From: an uncultured virus (IMG/VR IMGVR_UViG_3300037067_008364)
Taxonomy: Duplodnaviria; Heunggongvirae; Uroviricota; Caudoviricetes
IMG/VR virus record: IMGVR_UViG_3300037067_008364
Location: 62,001-94,377 of that record
Strand: one strand, 5' to 3'
DNA length: 32,377 bases
The first letter of the stretch is position 1. Each line of letters begins with the position of its first letter. Under the pieces are notes generated by a model. It was not told where the DNA came from. It was given only the letters and a program-made list of their open reading frames with translations, and ran no database searches. Below, in pieces: positions 19,253-28,698 of the stretch. A program made the translations under genes and the position numbers.

Positions 19253-20069
19253 ATTCAAGTCTCTTTTCTGAATCTTTACAAAATGGACGCAGAACCATAG
19301 TAATTCTGCCCATTGCGCATGGAGCATATCCTTTTATCTCTCCATAATTAACAGTACCTTTTTCATATGTTTTTAAATATGACCCTGTTATAGCTCCACG
19401 TCTTATCTTTGATCGTATTTTACTGCCTTCAACCACAAGAGAATCTACTCTAGTTATAATCTTATGATGAGAATGGCCAACAACAACAGCTAAAACATCA
19501 GGAAATTGATTCATAGCTCTTTCTAAATTATTTATTTTCCCACCGTTTAATCTTCCAGCAAACCATCCATGTGACAACAACAGTTGCACTACGCGTGTAT
19601 CGTGACTGTTCTTGCGTTTGAAACTTAATATATAAAAGCATGCAGGGAAACCGCCCGGGATACCGAGCTTGGCAAGCACCTGTGCAAAGCAGTCTTCTAC
19701 GTCAAGTATCTGGTTATGTTTCCCATCCCCCGACAGCACTACAAGCCCTTGTTCTTTTATCGGACTGAACAATTCATAGAACCTGTCCCATTCAGCACCT
19801 ATCAACCGGTTGTCCATGTACCCGATCTTCGCCCAGTCAGCAAGGTTCTTTTTGTAGAATGAATTCCACCGTTTGTCATGTGGCAGAATACCGTCTACAA
19901 CATCACCGAGATGCATCCAGTGCCTTCCAGTGTCACGCGTTTCATAGATATCCTTCTGCAACTGTTTCTCCGCCACGCTCTTTGAACCGAGATGCGTGTC
20001 CCCGTATATATCTATCTTATATTCTTGGTTTATACTGTCAAGTTCAATTTTCTTTCGTAAAATCTCCAT
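19239..20069 (-). CDS. Calcineurin-like metallophosphoesterase
   Basis: Motifs GDTHLG, LGDVVD, GKHN, SHG and GHSH. Confidence 0.85.
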   Translation of the reverse strand: MEILRKKIELDSINQEYKIDIYGDTHLGSKSVAEKQLQKDIYETRDTGRHWMHLGDVVDGILPHDKRWNSFYKKNLADWAKIGYMDNRLIGAEWDRFYELFSPIKEQGLVVLSGDGKHNQILDVEDCFAQVLAKLGIPGGFPACFYILSFKRKNSHDTRVVQLLLSHGWFAGRLNGGKINNLERAMNQFPDVLAVVVGHSHHKIITRVDSLVVEGSKIRSKIRRGAITGSYLKTYEKGTVNYGEIKGYAPCAMGRITMVLRPFCKDSEKRLEFENV

Positions 20070-20081
20070 GTTATTCTCCGA

Positions 20082-21758
20082 TTAAAATGTTAAACAGTCA
20101 AGAAAGTATCTTGAAAACAGATTCCTGTGTTTCAGTATAAGTGCTTTAGTCGTTGAATCAAGCAGATATATCGTACAATAATCATCCGCATGCCGTGTCG
20201 CTCTACCGCACTGCTGTTCCAGCTTGCGTATGGCTTCCTCCTTATACCACATGTCACCGATACCTCCGGCACTGTACAGCCTGTTGCTTACCTGTTTATT
20301 CCCAAGATTCAGGAACGGTGTCTTGGCGACAACTATAAACCGTGCGAGTTCATCATTAAGACTTATGCCTCTATCCATGGACGGAGATACAAGTATCATT
20401 GGTTTGTCTGAGTTCTTGAACTCTTCAAGTACCAGCAGTCTATCGTCTGTATTGTGCACCATAATACGTTCAGGGTCTATCTCCTTGATCATGTTGGCAA
20501 GCTGATAATTACTGGTATGTATAAGCCCCTTGTCATTTTCATGTATCTTGAATATCCTTTTCAGCTCCTGTTTTATTAACGGGAAGTTGTCTATCATGTA
20601 TTTTGAACTCATGTCAGCTGTGTCGCGGATGTAAATCGGGCGGTTAGCAGGATTAAAGATGGACGGAACTTCCATGTAATCTATTTCTGACATGGGAATC
20701 CCTAGGGTTTGTGACAGCATGTTCAATGACGGGAGTGTAGCTGACATGAGTACAATTTTACCATGGTCATCGGCGTTTGCTCCGATGTGATTACGGAAAT
20801 ACATGTCGGTCATCTCTGGCGTAATCCATGTGGGGCGGAACACCCAATGCGAACCGAATACACTTTCCTCTTTTGTCTGTGTCCATGTATTGTCTACAAG
20901 TTTGTTGAACATATGAAACTTTGCGGCAAGGTTGTTTATGCGCTCCTTGTCTGGTTTATGTTCATCGTCGGTTATCTTCTCTGAGCGTTTTTCAAGGATA
21001 TCCTGACATTGCTTCGACCACGTTATCCAGTCCTGTATGCCTTTATCTGTCGGTGTCTTATAGGTAAACGACGGAAGATTGAACTTCATCATTAGGTTTT
21101 CGCTGATAATTAGTTGGATAAAACTAAGCAGTTCATTCTCAAGAGTATCAGCTTCATCACATACAACTATATCACAGTTCCTGAATCCTCCGACATAGTT
21201 TGTTTCGGTAAGAAAGTAAGTATAATTGAATACTACCAGCTTAGACATCATGGCTTCGCGCTTGATGACTTCATATGGGCACGGTACTCCACACCGAGGA
21301 TTATAAACATCACAGTCTGAATTGAGTCCTTCACACATAAAGTTCTTCGGCATCTTGTCTGAACTACAATGTAAATTTATACACTCTATGCACAATTTTG
21401 GGTTGATGAACGGACACGATGCGCATGTATCATGAGGGAATTTCGCGCATGTATAATTCTGCCTTCCTTTTAATACCAAGAACTCCGGGAAATCATATTC
21501 GATCTGATGCTGTAACGATTTGGAGTGTACAAGATACGCAGCTTTCTTATGTGCAGATGCGCATGCTATAGCCCCTATCAAACTTTTACCGCCACCGGTA
21601 GGAAGTTCAAGCGCAACTATAGATTTATCTGATTCAAGAATAAACTTGACGGCCTCTTCCTGATACTTACGGAATGGTCTATCTTTGAATTTAGAAAAAC
21701 CGTTTTTGAATCCATGTATGTGTTCGGATGAATATTCCATATTATTCTTTATTCTCAT
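20082..21758 (-). CDS. DinG/Rad3-family SF2 helicase with Cys-rich (Fe-S-like) insert
   Basis: Q motif (FRKYQ), Walker A PTGGGKS, KGRQNY..C, DEAD, MSATL, motif VI QQCGRATRHADD. Confidence 0.85.
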   Translation of the reverse strand: MRIKNNMEYSSEHIHGFKNGFSKFKDRPFRKYQEEAVKFILESDKSIVALELPTGGGKSLIGAIACASAHKKAAYLVHSKSLQHQIEYDFPEFLVLKGRQNYTCAKFPHDTCASCPFINPKLCIECINLHCSSDKMPKNFMCEGLNSDCDVYNPRCGVPCPYEVIKREAMMSKLVVFNYTYFLTETNYVGGFRNCDIVVCDEADTLENELLSFIQLIISENLMMKFNLPSFTYKTPTDKGIQDWITWSKQCQDILEKRSEKITDDEHKPDKERINNLAAKFHMFNKLVDNTWTQTKEESVFGSHWVFRPTWITPEMTDMYFRNHIGANADDHGKIVLMSATLPSLNMLSQTLGIPMSEIDYMEVPSIFNPANRPIYIRDTADMSSKYMIDNFPLIKQELKRIFKIHENDKGLIHTSNYQLANMIKEIDPERIMVHNTDDRLLVLEEFKNSDKPMILVSPSMDRGISLNDELARFIVVAKTPFLNLGNKQVSNRLYSAGGIGDMWYKEEAIRKLEQQCGRATRHADDYCTIYLLDSTTKALILKHRNLFSRYFLDCLTF

Positions 21759-21972
21759 TTAATATGCACAGCATTATACTTGATCCGTCGCGCTCCAGCG
21801 TTATAGTCCCTGCTTCACGAACAAGGTCTATGAACTCTTCAATTTTCTCAATATTTATTTCCCAGTGATAAGTATAATGAACAACATCGTACACAATATG
21901 TGCGCGACGGCACGGCTTCGTCTTTGACGCAAACTCTTCGCCTTTGCTGTAAACCAGAAAATCCATGCTCAC
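21742..21972 (-). CDS. Hypothetical protein
   Basis: 76 aa; GAGGAG SD; overlaps both neighbours. Confidence 0.55.
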   Translation of the reverse strand: MSMDFLVYSKGEEFASKTKPCRRAHIVYDVVHYTYHWEINIEKIEEFIDLVREAGTITLERDGSSIMLCILNENKE

Positions 21973-22460
21973 TCCTCGTTGTCATCTTGTTTGTCTGAAT
22001 TTCTGTGGTATATGCTTCTCAACACATCTCTAGACCACCCATCAACTGAACGTCTTGGTTCTATTCCACGTTTTTTAAGTTCATCACGTATCTTACTGTA
22101 ACTCATCCCCTGTTGTTTGAGTTCAATAATTAATTTGATTGTCATCTGTTCGTCGTACAGTTTGATAAGTTCATCCCTTCCACGCATACGAGCCCACCCG
22201 TACGGTGCCAAATATTCTTCAAGTTCACCGTATCCTTCCGACGTACATACGTCAATAATCTTGCTGTCAACATATTCATCTATGGCTTTGCTAAGGATTG
22301 ATATATTGGCAGATGTTTCTTCTTCATTCTTTCCGATAAGTTTATTCGATATAACATGCGGTATACCATACTTCACAGAAAATAAATGAATATCTGTCTT
22401 ATCCGCGAATCTGTTATTATCGTCATCGTATATGTCATCAACCACGTAATCATTTTTCAC
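21969..22460 (-). CDS. Protein with C-terminal recombinase-type HTH DNA-binding region
   Basis: LKQQGMSYSKIRDELKKRGIEPRR..GWSRDVLRSI resembles the HTH of serine-recombinase DNA-binding domains; no catalytic domain seen; GTG start. Confidence 0.55.
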   Translation of the reverse strand: MKNDYVVDDIYDDDNNRFADKTDIHLFSVKYGIPHVISNKLIGKNEEETSANISILSKAIDEYVDSKIIDVCTSEGYGELEEYLAPYGWARMRGRDELIKLYDEQMTIKLIIELKQQGMSYSKIRDELKKRGIEPRRSVDGWSRDVLRSIYHRNSDKQDDNEE

Positions 22461-22762
22461 GAACGCTTACCTCTCTGCATAAGTGCCATTCCAATACGAC
22501 AGAACGCATGCGCCAAGTCGTCTTCTTCAGTTGATAAACCGAGCCTGTATTTGTCAAGGTGGTTAAGAGCACGTTGGATATGATGTTCAAACGTCTCGCG
22601 CTTCCATTCATCAGTGTATCCGTGACGGTATCCTTCAATGAATACGTCTTCAAGAGCTTGAACCATATCAGTAGGCGTTCTGGCTGTTTGTATGGGGAGA
22701 TCATGATCGTCTAATATACATTGTATTTCAATATATCTGTTCCCTCTTTGATATTTTCCCAT
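22457..22762 (-). CDS. Putative dATP/dGTP diphosphohydrolase-like protein
   Basis: G..HGY.DEWK..HIQRALNHLDKY..EDDLAHAFCR pattern. Confidence 0.5.
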   Translation of the reverse strand: MGKYQRGNRYIEIQCILDDHDLPIQTARTPTDMVQALEDVFIEGYRHGYTDEWKRETFEHHIQRALNHLDKYRLGLSTEEDDLAHAFCRIGMALMQRGKRS

Positions 22763-22763
22763 A

Positions 22764-23342
22764 TCAATTATCCTTATTCTCGCGTATCATATTATATGCC
22801 TTCACCAAATGATCAACTACAAATCTTTCCAAGTCAGCTCTGTCTCTTGAAATGTATACATGAATCCCGTACTTCACCCTGAAGCTTACCAGTCTCCCCC
22901 TCACGTGTTCTTTCGTTAATGTGGTCGGAATGCTTGGATAATACAAGTCGTCTTCATCTGCTTCAATAACAATAGCCTTGAATTTCATTGCTTTCAATTT
23001 GTCAAGCTTAGCAAGTGTCTTGTCTGCATCCTTGCCGATGTACGTAAAGAAGTCAGAAACGCCCTTCCTTTCAATCGCAACCAGTTCCTCCATACCATGT
23101 ACAGTATAATCACCGACAGGCACTGTATCACGTATTATTGCAAGTCCTGTGGGGTTTGTACGTACGTTCCCGAACAGCGGATACTGTTCACGCGAATCTA
23201 TCTTCAGGATAAATCCTTCAGGTATCTCTGTTGGTTTAAAATCATACGAGCGTTTCGGTGCTTTGCGCTTTGCTCCTCCGCTTTTGCTTCTTGATTTATT
23301 TGTCTTCTCGTGTCCTGTAACATATGAACTAAGCCGAGCCAT
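22764..23342 (-). CDS. ERCC4/XPF-family structure-specific nuclease
   Basis: IDSREQ, GDY, AIERKGVSDF and IVIE motifs. Confidence 0.85.
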   Translation of the reverse strand: MARLSSYVTGHEKTNKSRSKSGGAKRKAPKRSYDFKPTEIPEGFILKIDSREQYPLFGNVRTNPTGLAIIRDTVPVGDYTVHGMEELVAIERKGVSDFFTYIGKDADKTLAKLDKLKAMKFKAIVIEADEDDLYYPSIPTTLTKEHVRGRLVSFRVKYGIHVYISRDRADLERFVVDHLVKAYNMIRENKDN

Positions 23343-23360
23343 CTTTATCTCCTGTGTTAA

Positions 23361-23390
23361 ATATAAGGGGAGATTTCTCTCCCCCTATAT
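23361..23390 (-). terminator. Putative intrinsic terminator hairpin
   Basis: GGGGAGA-GAAA-TCTCCCC stem-loop with flanking ATATA/TATAT pairing and a T-rich tail on the - strand, just after the SSB-like gene. Confidence 0.6.
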
Positions 23391-23409
23391 ATTGAACTAG
23401 CTGTATCTA

Positions 23410-24042
23410 TCAGTCAAACGCCATTACAGGAGTTTTCGCAGGAGATACTTTGGCTTTTGTTGCAGGAGAAGCGTCAGCCTGTATACTACCGACAGGGCCG
23501 AGCTTGACCATTGTGACATTGGGAACCGTACGTGTTTCTGTCACGGTTTTACCGTTCTCATCAAGAACAACTTTGCCATCGTCATCACGAACGACTGCCT
23601 CATATTCACGGTGACTTACTTCGAGCACTGCATCGAACGCATTGCCCGGAAGAGTCATGTTAAGATTCTCCACAACCTTTTTGAGAAGCGTGGAATCTGT
23701 AGGAATAGGCTGTTCAACGTTGCCACCGTTATTGGCATACCATTTTTCATATGTCTCAACAATTCCGCCAACCATGAGCAGATTAGCGAACATGCGCTCG
23801 TTGCCGTCTGCGTATTCAGGTGTTGTGAAAATCTGAACATTCCAACGTGCTCCACCGCACTCCTGATCTTTCTCTGCAATTGAAAGAGGGAAAGAAATAC
23901 GGGGATATTTCTGAGGATCGGTGGATTCAATAACAGAAATACCCTCATCAAATACAACTGTGCGAAGTCCCGGTTTTACTGCCCGACGCAGGGTGATTAC
24001 ACCATTCTCGTCCGCATTTACGCGTGTGCTAAGACGTGCCAT
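23410..24042 (-). CDS. Putative single-stranded DNA-binding protein
   Basis: Follows the Sak4-like ATPase; beta-rich core with flexible tail ending ..AFD; strong GGAG SD and downstream hairpin. Function inferred from context. Confidence 0.45.
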   Translation of the reverse strand: MARLSTRVNADENGVITLRRAVKPGLRTVVFDEGISVIESTDPQKYPRISFPLSIAEKDQECGGARWNVQIFTTPEYADGNERMFANLLMVGGIVETYEKWYANNGGNVEQPIPTDSTLLKKVVENLNMTLPGNAFDAVLEVSHREYEAVVRDDDGKVVLDENGKTVTETRTVPNVTMVKLGPVGSIQADASPATKAKVSPAKTPVMAFD

Positions 24043-24057
24043 AAAATACTCCTTGTG

Positions 24058-24972
24058 TTATTTTTTGATACGGTTTGTTCCGGTGGGTTCACCGGATGTT
24101 CCTTTGTTCAACTTCAGAATCTTTACAAAATCAAGAGGGCATTGAATAAGTTCTACCTCCTCACCTTTTACAGTAGGTCTCCTTCCTGCCCACTTGCACA
24201 TAAACTGTTCCTTATTCCCCTTGGAATCATATCCGTTTTCAAACTTTACCGTGGGTGGAAAAGAAAGTTTATGTTTGATAGTCGTGATACCTGTTACTGG
24301 ATCTTCTACTTCTATGTCTTCATATCTCCTTTCTACAAAACCAATTAAGTCACACATTCCGGGGAGCTTTGATGAAAACAAATTCCCCATTAACGAAGGA
24401 ACCAATCTTTGCGTACTGTTCCATGCTTGTTCTTCAGCTTCCGCAAGCGCGTTCATTACAACTATCTTACCTCTCTGAGAAAGCGCGACAAGCGGTGTCA
24501 TTAGCCTCAACATATGGTTTCCTAATGCTCCATATCCCTCCTTGGTTAGTTTAACGTCAAGAATCAATGCCTTATCTGCCTTATCTCTTGCTTCAGCAGC
24601 AACATCCTGAATTTCCGCACTGAGATTCTGCATTAGCTGTGTAACTCCGTCGAGTACTACAGATTTGATATCCTTGAATTCAATACCATAATCTTCTTTG
24701 GTAATCTTCTTGTCTATATCCACTATGAAGTCCATAAGACTAAGAAAATCAGTGTACTCTGCTATAATCCAATTGATATTACCGTGCTCATCAAATTCTG
24801 GTACATTCGCTGCCTCGGCAGAAGTCTCTGCATTACGCTGTTCAGCACACAATACAAGTATAGGCTTCGGCAGGCTCTGAAAACACGATGTCGTTTTACC
24901 AGCAGCTGTTTCACTGTACAGAAGTATAAACCTTCCGGGATTCTGCGGTGCTCCTTTTGGACGTAATTTCAT
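24058..24972 (-). CDS. AAA_24/Sak4-like recombination ATPase
   Basis: LLYSETAAGKTT Walker A variant, SVVLDGVT Walker B, GYG, LPGMCDLIGF. Confidence 0.75.
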   Translation of the reverse strand: MKLRPKGAPQNPGRFILLYSETAAGKTTSCFQSLPKPILVLCAEQRNAETSAEAANVPEFDEHGNINWIIAEYTDFLSLMDFIVDIDKKITKEDYGIEFKDIKSVVLDGVTQLMQNLSAEIQDVAAEARDKADKALILDVKLTKEGYGALGNHMLRLMTPLVALSQRGKIVVMNALAEAEEQAWNSTQRLVPSLMGNLFSSKLPGMCDLIGFVERRYEDIEVEDPVTGITTIKHKLSFPPTVKFENGYDSKGNKEQFMCKWAGRRPTVKGEEVELIQCPLDFVKILKLNKGTSGEPTGTNRIKK

Positions 24973-25169
24973 ATCATCTCCTCATAATCTTCTGTTTCAA
25001 CTATTGATACAATAAAATCTTCTGCATATTCTTTTGCTTTCGTATACGATTTAAACACTGGTATTACACCAATCATACCATCTGCCCATGATAATTTTAA
25101 AGGTACTTTACTCCCATACACATCAACATTACGTTCTTTTTCAACACCCATAACAATAAATAATTTCAT
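24969..25169 (-). CDS. Hypothetical protein
   Basis: 66 aa with GAGGAG SD and ATGA overlap with the next gene. Confidence 0.6.
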   Translation of the reverse strand: MKLFIVMGVEKERNVDVYGSKVPLKLSWADGMIGVIPVFKSYTKAKEYAEDFIVSIVETEDYEEMI

Positions 25170-25205
25170 TTTAATATCTCCTCATAACTATGCAGTACGT
25201 TACGT

Positions 25206-25694
25206 TTATCTCTGAAGAACATATTCGTTGCCGTATCTGTCTCCCTCTTTCTTTAATTGTTCATCATAATAATACGTCACTCTGTTGTATTTCATTGCAA
25301 GCATGTCGCGCATCTGGTCTATGATACTGCTTTCCGGCAACTGTATCGTTACTCCATCAATTTCCTGTACTATATCACCGTTACCAAGGTCTGCTGTGTT
25401 TGCCATCTGTGCATCCTGCATCCACGCTACCATAATATATGTCGCCCCATAGAACGACAGCCCTGCCTGCATAAGCTTGCTTACTCCAACTACAAACATC
25501 ACGTCAACAAACTTGTACCTTACTACACGCTTGTCTTCGGGGTCGGGCAGGCCAAGGTGCAGTCCGTTATCGCACCATCTCTTTACCCATGTACGCATGG
25601 TAGCCCATCGAACCTTGGCAACTTTTGCAAGTTCAGTCTGATTTATCCAGAAGCTTTTACGCGTACTGGCAGACAGACTTTTATTACTCTTCAT
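25206..25694 (-). CDS. Putative MerR/excisionase-like HTH DNA-binding protein
   Basis: INQTELAKVAKVRWATMRTWVKRW..G..RYKFVDV; start at MKSNK is preferred because it overlaps the upstream gene end. Confidence 0.5.
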   Translation of the reverse strand: MKSNKSLSASTRKSFWINQTELAKVAKVRWATMRTWVKRWCDNGLHLGLPDPEDKRVVRYKFVDVMFVVGVSKLMQAGLSFYGATYIMVAWMQDAQMANTADLGNGDIVQEIDGVTIQLPESSIIDQMRDMLAMKYNRVTYYYDEQLKKEGDRYGNEYVLQR

Positions 25695-26802
25695 TCGTCT
25701 TGGGTTTGGCTGGTTTTTCTCTGAGTTCATATCTTTCCTCATTCATATATCCGTCTGTTGAGCATATATCGTAATATTCACATGTTGAATTATACATCAT
25801 GCAGCCTGTTTCTTCTTTATACCATGAATCATTTTCCATACGCTGTTTGATTTCAAGGCCTATCTCATTGTACCTGTCTTTCAGTTCATCGAGAAGCCCT
25901 GCGCTTTCAAATTCAGTCCTGTAAAATTTTACACCATATGATTTTGTTGTCCTGTCATATCCGATGAAATACTTTGACGGCGACTTCATGATGTCATGAC
26001 GTATGCGCTCGTTATATTCTTCAGGTGATTCATCAAGCGGCCTTGATTTACCTGATGTTAACGGACGCTGCCCCGGGGGAACTGTAAGTTCCATGATGAC
26101 ATATTCAAGTGCAGGATTTACGAGAAAATATGTTCCTACCTGAGATGTAATTTTGAACTTTGTTTCGTATGCGTCGGGCTGGCTGGTATACTTATTCTCT
26201 ACAAAATAGTTCTCATACAGTCTGTCATAGAACCCTGTAACAATTATGTTGTCGAGTTCGTACGTAAAGCTTACCTCTGTTCCAATGAATCTGTCAATGT
26301 TTGGTTCGATAAGATCTTTAAATGCCTTGAAGCTTGCGCTTACTTTCATGATATCGAACTGTGTCATACCAGCAGAACGGCCATACTCATTGATACGTGC
26401 AACTGATGCTCTATGCAAATCAACAGGAAGTACAGGTATATTTCCTTTGTACCATGAAGGAACTATATTGTGAACTTCGAGTGCAAGATCGTCATAGAAC
26501 ATCTGCATGCACATAGACCAGAGTTTCCCGTTACATATGGCAGAAGACAGGAACTGAGGACGCAGTTGCGCTCCGACAATATTTGAATACCAGAACCTGC
26601 GCTTACACCTCATGTAACTCTGAAGTGACGAATGAGATATAACAGGCTTGCTATCTTTAATATCATCTATGCATACGAAATACTGTGGAAGACTGCACAT
26701 GCCGGGAGCCCCATGTGTCTTTGGCTCTATTCGATGGTAGCATCCGCTTACCTCTGGTTTGGTTACCCTTTTGGGACAAATTGTATCATGGATTATATTC
26801 AT
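25684..26802 (-). CDS. PD-(D/E)XK exonuclease, Cas4/AddB-like
   Basis: ISHSSLQSYMRCKRRFWY, TGFYD..ENK, Q..Y and C-terminal GC..CEYYDIC (1+3 Cys arrangement). Confidence 0.8.
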   Translation of the reverse strand: MNIIHDTICPKRVTKPEVSGCYHRIEPKTHGAPGMCSLPQYFVCIDDIKDSKPVISHSSLQSYMRCKRRFWYSNIVGAQLRPQFLSSAICNGKLWSMCMQMFYDDLALEVHNIVPSWYKGNIPVLPVDLHRASVARINEYGRSAGMTQFDIMKVSASFKAFKDLIEPNIDRFIGTEVSFTYELDNIIVTGFYDRLYENYFVENKYTSQPDAYETKFKITSQVGTYFLVNPALEYVIMELTVPPGQRPLTSGKSRPLDESPEEYNERIRHDIMKSPSKYFIGYDRTTKSYGVKFYRTEFESAGLLDELKDRYNEIGLEIKQRMENDSWYKEETGCMMYNSTCEYYDICSTDGYMNEERYELREKPAKPKTNEE

Positions 26803-26838
26803 AGTTGATCTCCTGTGTGTGAGAGAACTGTAATATTA

Positions 26839-27186
26839 TTAATCGTTATAGTCGTAGTATGTTATTTCGATAGAATCATTAGGTGATTCACAACCATAAT
26901 AAGAACCGTAAAATGTTATATTGTATACAGCACTGTCTCTTGTCATCGTATCTAATGAATCAATTGATATATAGTATGCTACATTTAAGTATCCTCCATC
27001 ATCACTTATCTGTTCCTGACTACCAATCTGACCACTTATCTGCTCCTGACTTGTATTCCTTTCTACCTTAACAGTTTCATTCTCTATCTGTTTATGTTCC
27101 CATCTTCCATACATAACTAAGATATTATATACGAACAGAACAAGTAGAAAGTATATCATTGTAAATTTCTTGAAGGTCATTATCAC
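26839..27186 (-). CDS. Membrane-anchored hypothetical protein with SQEQIS duplication
   Basis: N-terminal TM helix; 19-nt direct repeat with one mismatch (27003-27021, 27033-27051). Confidence 0.6.
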   Translation of the reverse strand: MIMTFKKFTMIYFLLVLFVYNILVMYGRWEHKQIENETVKVERNTSQEQISGQIGSQEQISDDGGYLNVAYYISIDSLDTMTRDSAVYNITFYGSYYGCESPNDSIEITYYDYND

Positions 27187-27839
27187 GTCCCCGTAATATC
27201 AAGTGGAAGTTCAAGTTGATCATCATCAAAGTAAACATCGGAATCATAGTCAGGAGCAAAGTGTTCAAGCATTTTATGTTCCGACTTCTCAAGCTGTTGG
27301 ATATTCTCGAACGATGGGTTCTTTCTATCCCTTGCGATCTTCTTCCTCTGTTCGAACTCTTCCTTGATGGTGAGCCTGTTTTCCTCGAACATTATGTTCT
27401 GTACCTCGACTATCTCATTGATAAGATCATCTATCTCTTCTATATCTATACCATCCGTCAGTGTATAGTGCGGGTCTCCCTTCTCAGCCTTGCACTTTGT
27501 TATGATTGCATACATGAAGTATCCGCAGTCAAGTGCTCCCCTGTCCAGTTCAGACTTTACCGAGAATATCTTCGGAGTAGCTTCATGCGCCTTTTCATAG
27601 AACAGTCTCTTGTTATCGGCTATACGCAGGGACAGTATACTGTTAACCTTTGTCTTACTGTTCTTTGTGCTTGTACTTAACTGCTTGGAATGAGACTTGA
27701 ATATGTCCCATGCTTTCTTGAACACTCTACGATACTTGTCAAGCTGATTTTGTAATATATTATTTTCATTTCTAAGTTTTTCATTCTCCTGTAATAGTTC
27801 AGCAACGGTCAGGTTACTGGTAAACCCCTTGCCAGACAT
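27183..27839 (-). CDS. Hypothetical coiled-coil protein, first gene after the 27896-27924 promoter
   Basis: 218 aa; AAGGA SD; N-terminal heptad coil and acidic tail. Confidence 0.6.
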   Translation of the reverse strand: MSGKGFTSNLTVAELLQENEKLRNENNILQNQLDKYRRVFKKAWDIFKSHSKQLSTSTKNSKTKVNSILSLRIADNKRLFYEKAHEATPKIFSVKSELDRGALDCGYFMYAIITKCKAEKGDPHYTLTDGIDIEEIDDLINEIVEVQNIMFEENRLTIKEEFEQRKKIARDRKNPSFENIQQLEKSEHKMLEHFAPDYDSDVYFDDDQLELPLDITGT

Positions 27840-27895
27840 ATAGTTCCTTTCGGCGATTCATAGTAAACAAATTTGCACATCAAATTCATGCAAAT

Positions 27896-27924
27896 AATAT
27901 AAACAATTCAAAAACAAAAGTCAA
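27896..27924 (-). promoter_or_regulatory. sigma70-type promoter TTGACT-N17-TATATT
   Basis: -35 at 27924-27919, -10 at 27901-27896; same hexamers as the 12471 promoter. Confidence 0.7.
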
Positions 27925-27986
27925 GTGATTTTTTAAAATATTTTTTCGTAACTTCATACGCGGTAATATTTTATAATAGTGTACGC

Positions 27987-28044
27987 GCACAATATGTAGT
28001 GGTTTTGCAAGGGGGTTTAACGCGCAGTATACCACATGTTGCGA
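27987..28044. promoter_or_regulatory. Tandem NrdR-box-like operators
   Basis: GCACAATATGTAGTGG (27987-28002) and ATACCACATGTTGCGA (28029-28044) compared with consensus acaCwAtATaTwGtgt; starts are 42 bp apart. Confidence 0.55.
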
Positions 28045-28075
28045 AAGTTATAAAAATGTTTTTATATTACTGATT

Positions 28076-28336
28076 TTAATAATCAGATTCGGTAGTATTA
28101 AACTTCCCCTTAAAAATCAATTTACCAATGATATACCCAATAGTAATAACAAAGTATATAATCATACACACTGCTATCAACATACTAATAACATTATACT
28201 GTATACCACTAAGTGAGGATATTAATATGAATACTATTAAACTTCCGATGATTGTTCTTGTAATAATACCCATTAAGTTATAATTACATATATCACTACC
28301 AATTATCTTGTCAAGGCTAATTAAAAAATTAAGCAT
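28076..28336 (-). CDS. Small AT-rich two-TM membrane protein
   Basis: GAGG SD; two hydrophobic helices. Confidence 0.6.
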   Translation of the reverse strand: MLNFLISLDKIIGSDICNYNLMGIITRTIIGSLIVFILISSLSGIQYNVISMLIAVCMIIYFVITIGYIIGKLIFKGKFNTTESDY

Positions 28337-28365
28337 AGTTTATCCTCTCAATATATATAGTACTA

Positions 28366-28698
28366 TTATCGTTCATCGTTCGGTTTACTTTCATCATAAT
28401 CAAGGTAATCATACTTGTCATACCCCTCGAGAGGTTTGCCAGATCGCTTCACCCATCGCAAAAACTCACTGTTTGGTTCCCCAAGAATATATATCATATC
28501 AGATGTTTCAGCTATCTGACTTGCTATGTCAAGTTTGCGTACCGGGGTTGTAAGTATGTCATGTTCACCATCTGTATACCGTATCTTTGGAAGACTATCG
28601 AGCAACTCATCATTGTACATCACTGTATTGTCATGCACTAATGACCAGTTATCAATTATTTTTCTTTCCTTTTCGTGTTTAATTTTGTGAATAATCAT
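28366..28698 (-). CDS. Hypothetical protein (110 aa)
   Basis: Start MIIHKIK after AAGGGA SD, overlapping the upstream gene end. Confidence 0.55.
   Translation of the reverse strand: MIIHKIKHEKERKIIDNWSLVHDNTVMYNDELLDSLPKIRYTDGEHDILTTPVRKLDIASQIAETSDMIYILGEPNSEFLRWVKRSGKPLEGYDKYDYLDYDESKPNDER

Noticed and set aside
25684..26802. Cas4 as part of a CRISPR-Cas system
   Set aside because: It is a solo nuclease in a phage recombination module with no cas1/cas2 or array.
27840..28075. tRNA, ncRNA or replication origin in the largest intergenic gap
   Set aside because: No cloverleaf, stable long hairpin or iteron series was seen; promoter and operator motifs explain the region.
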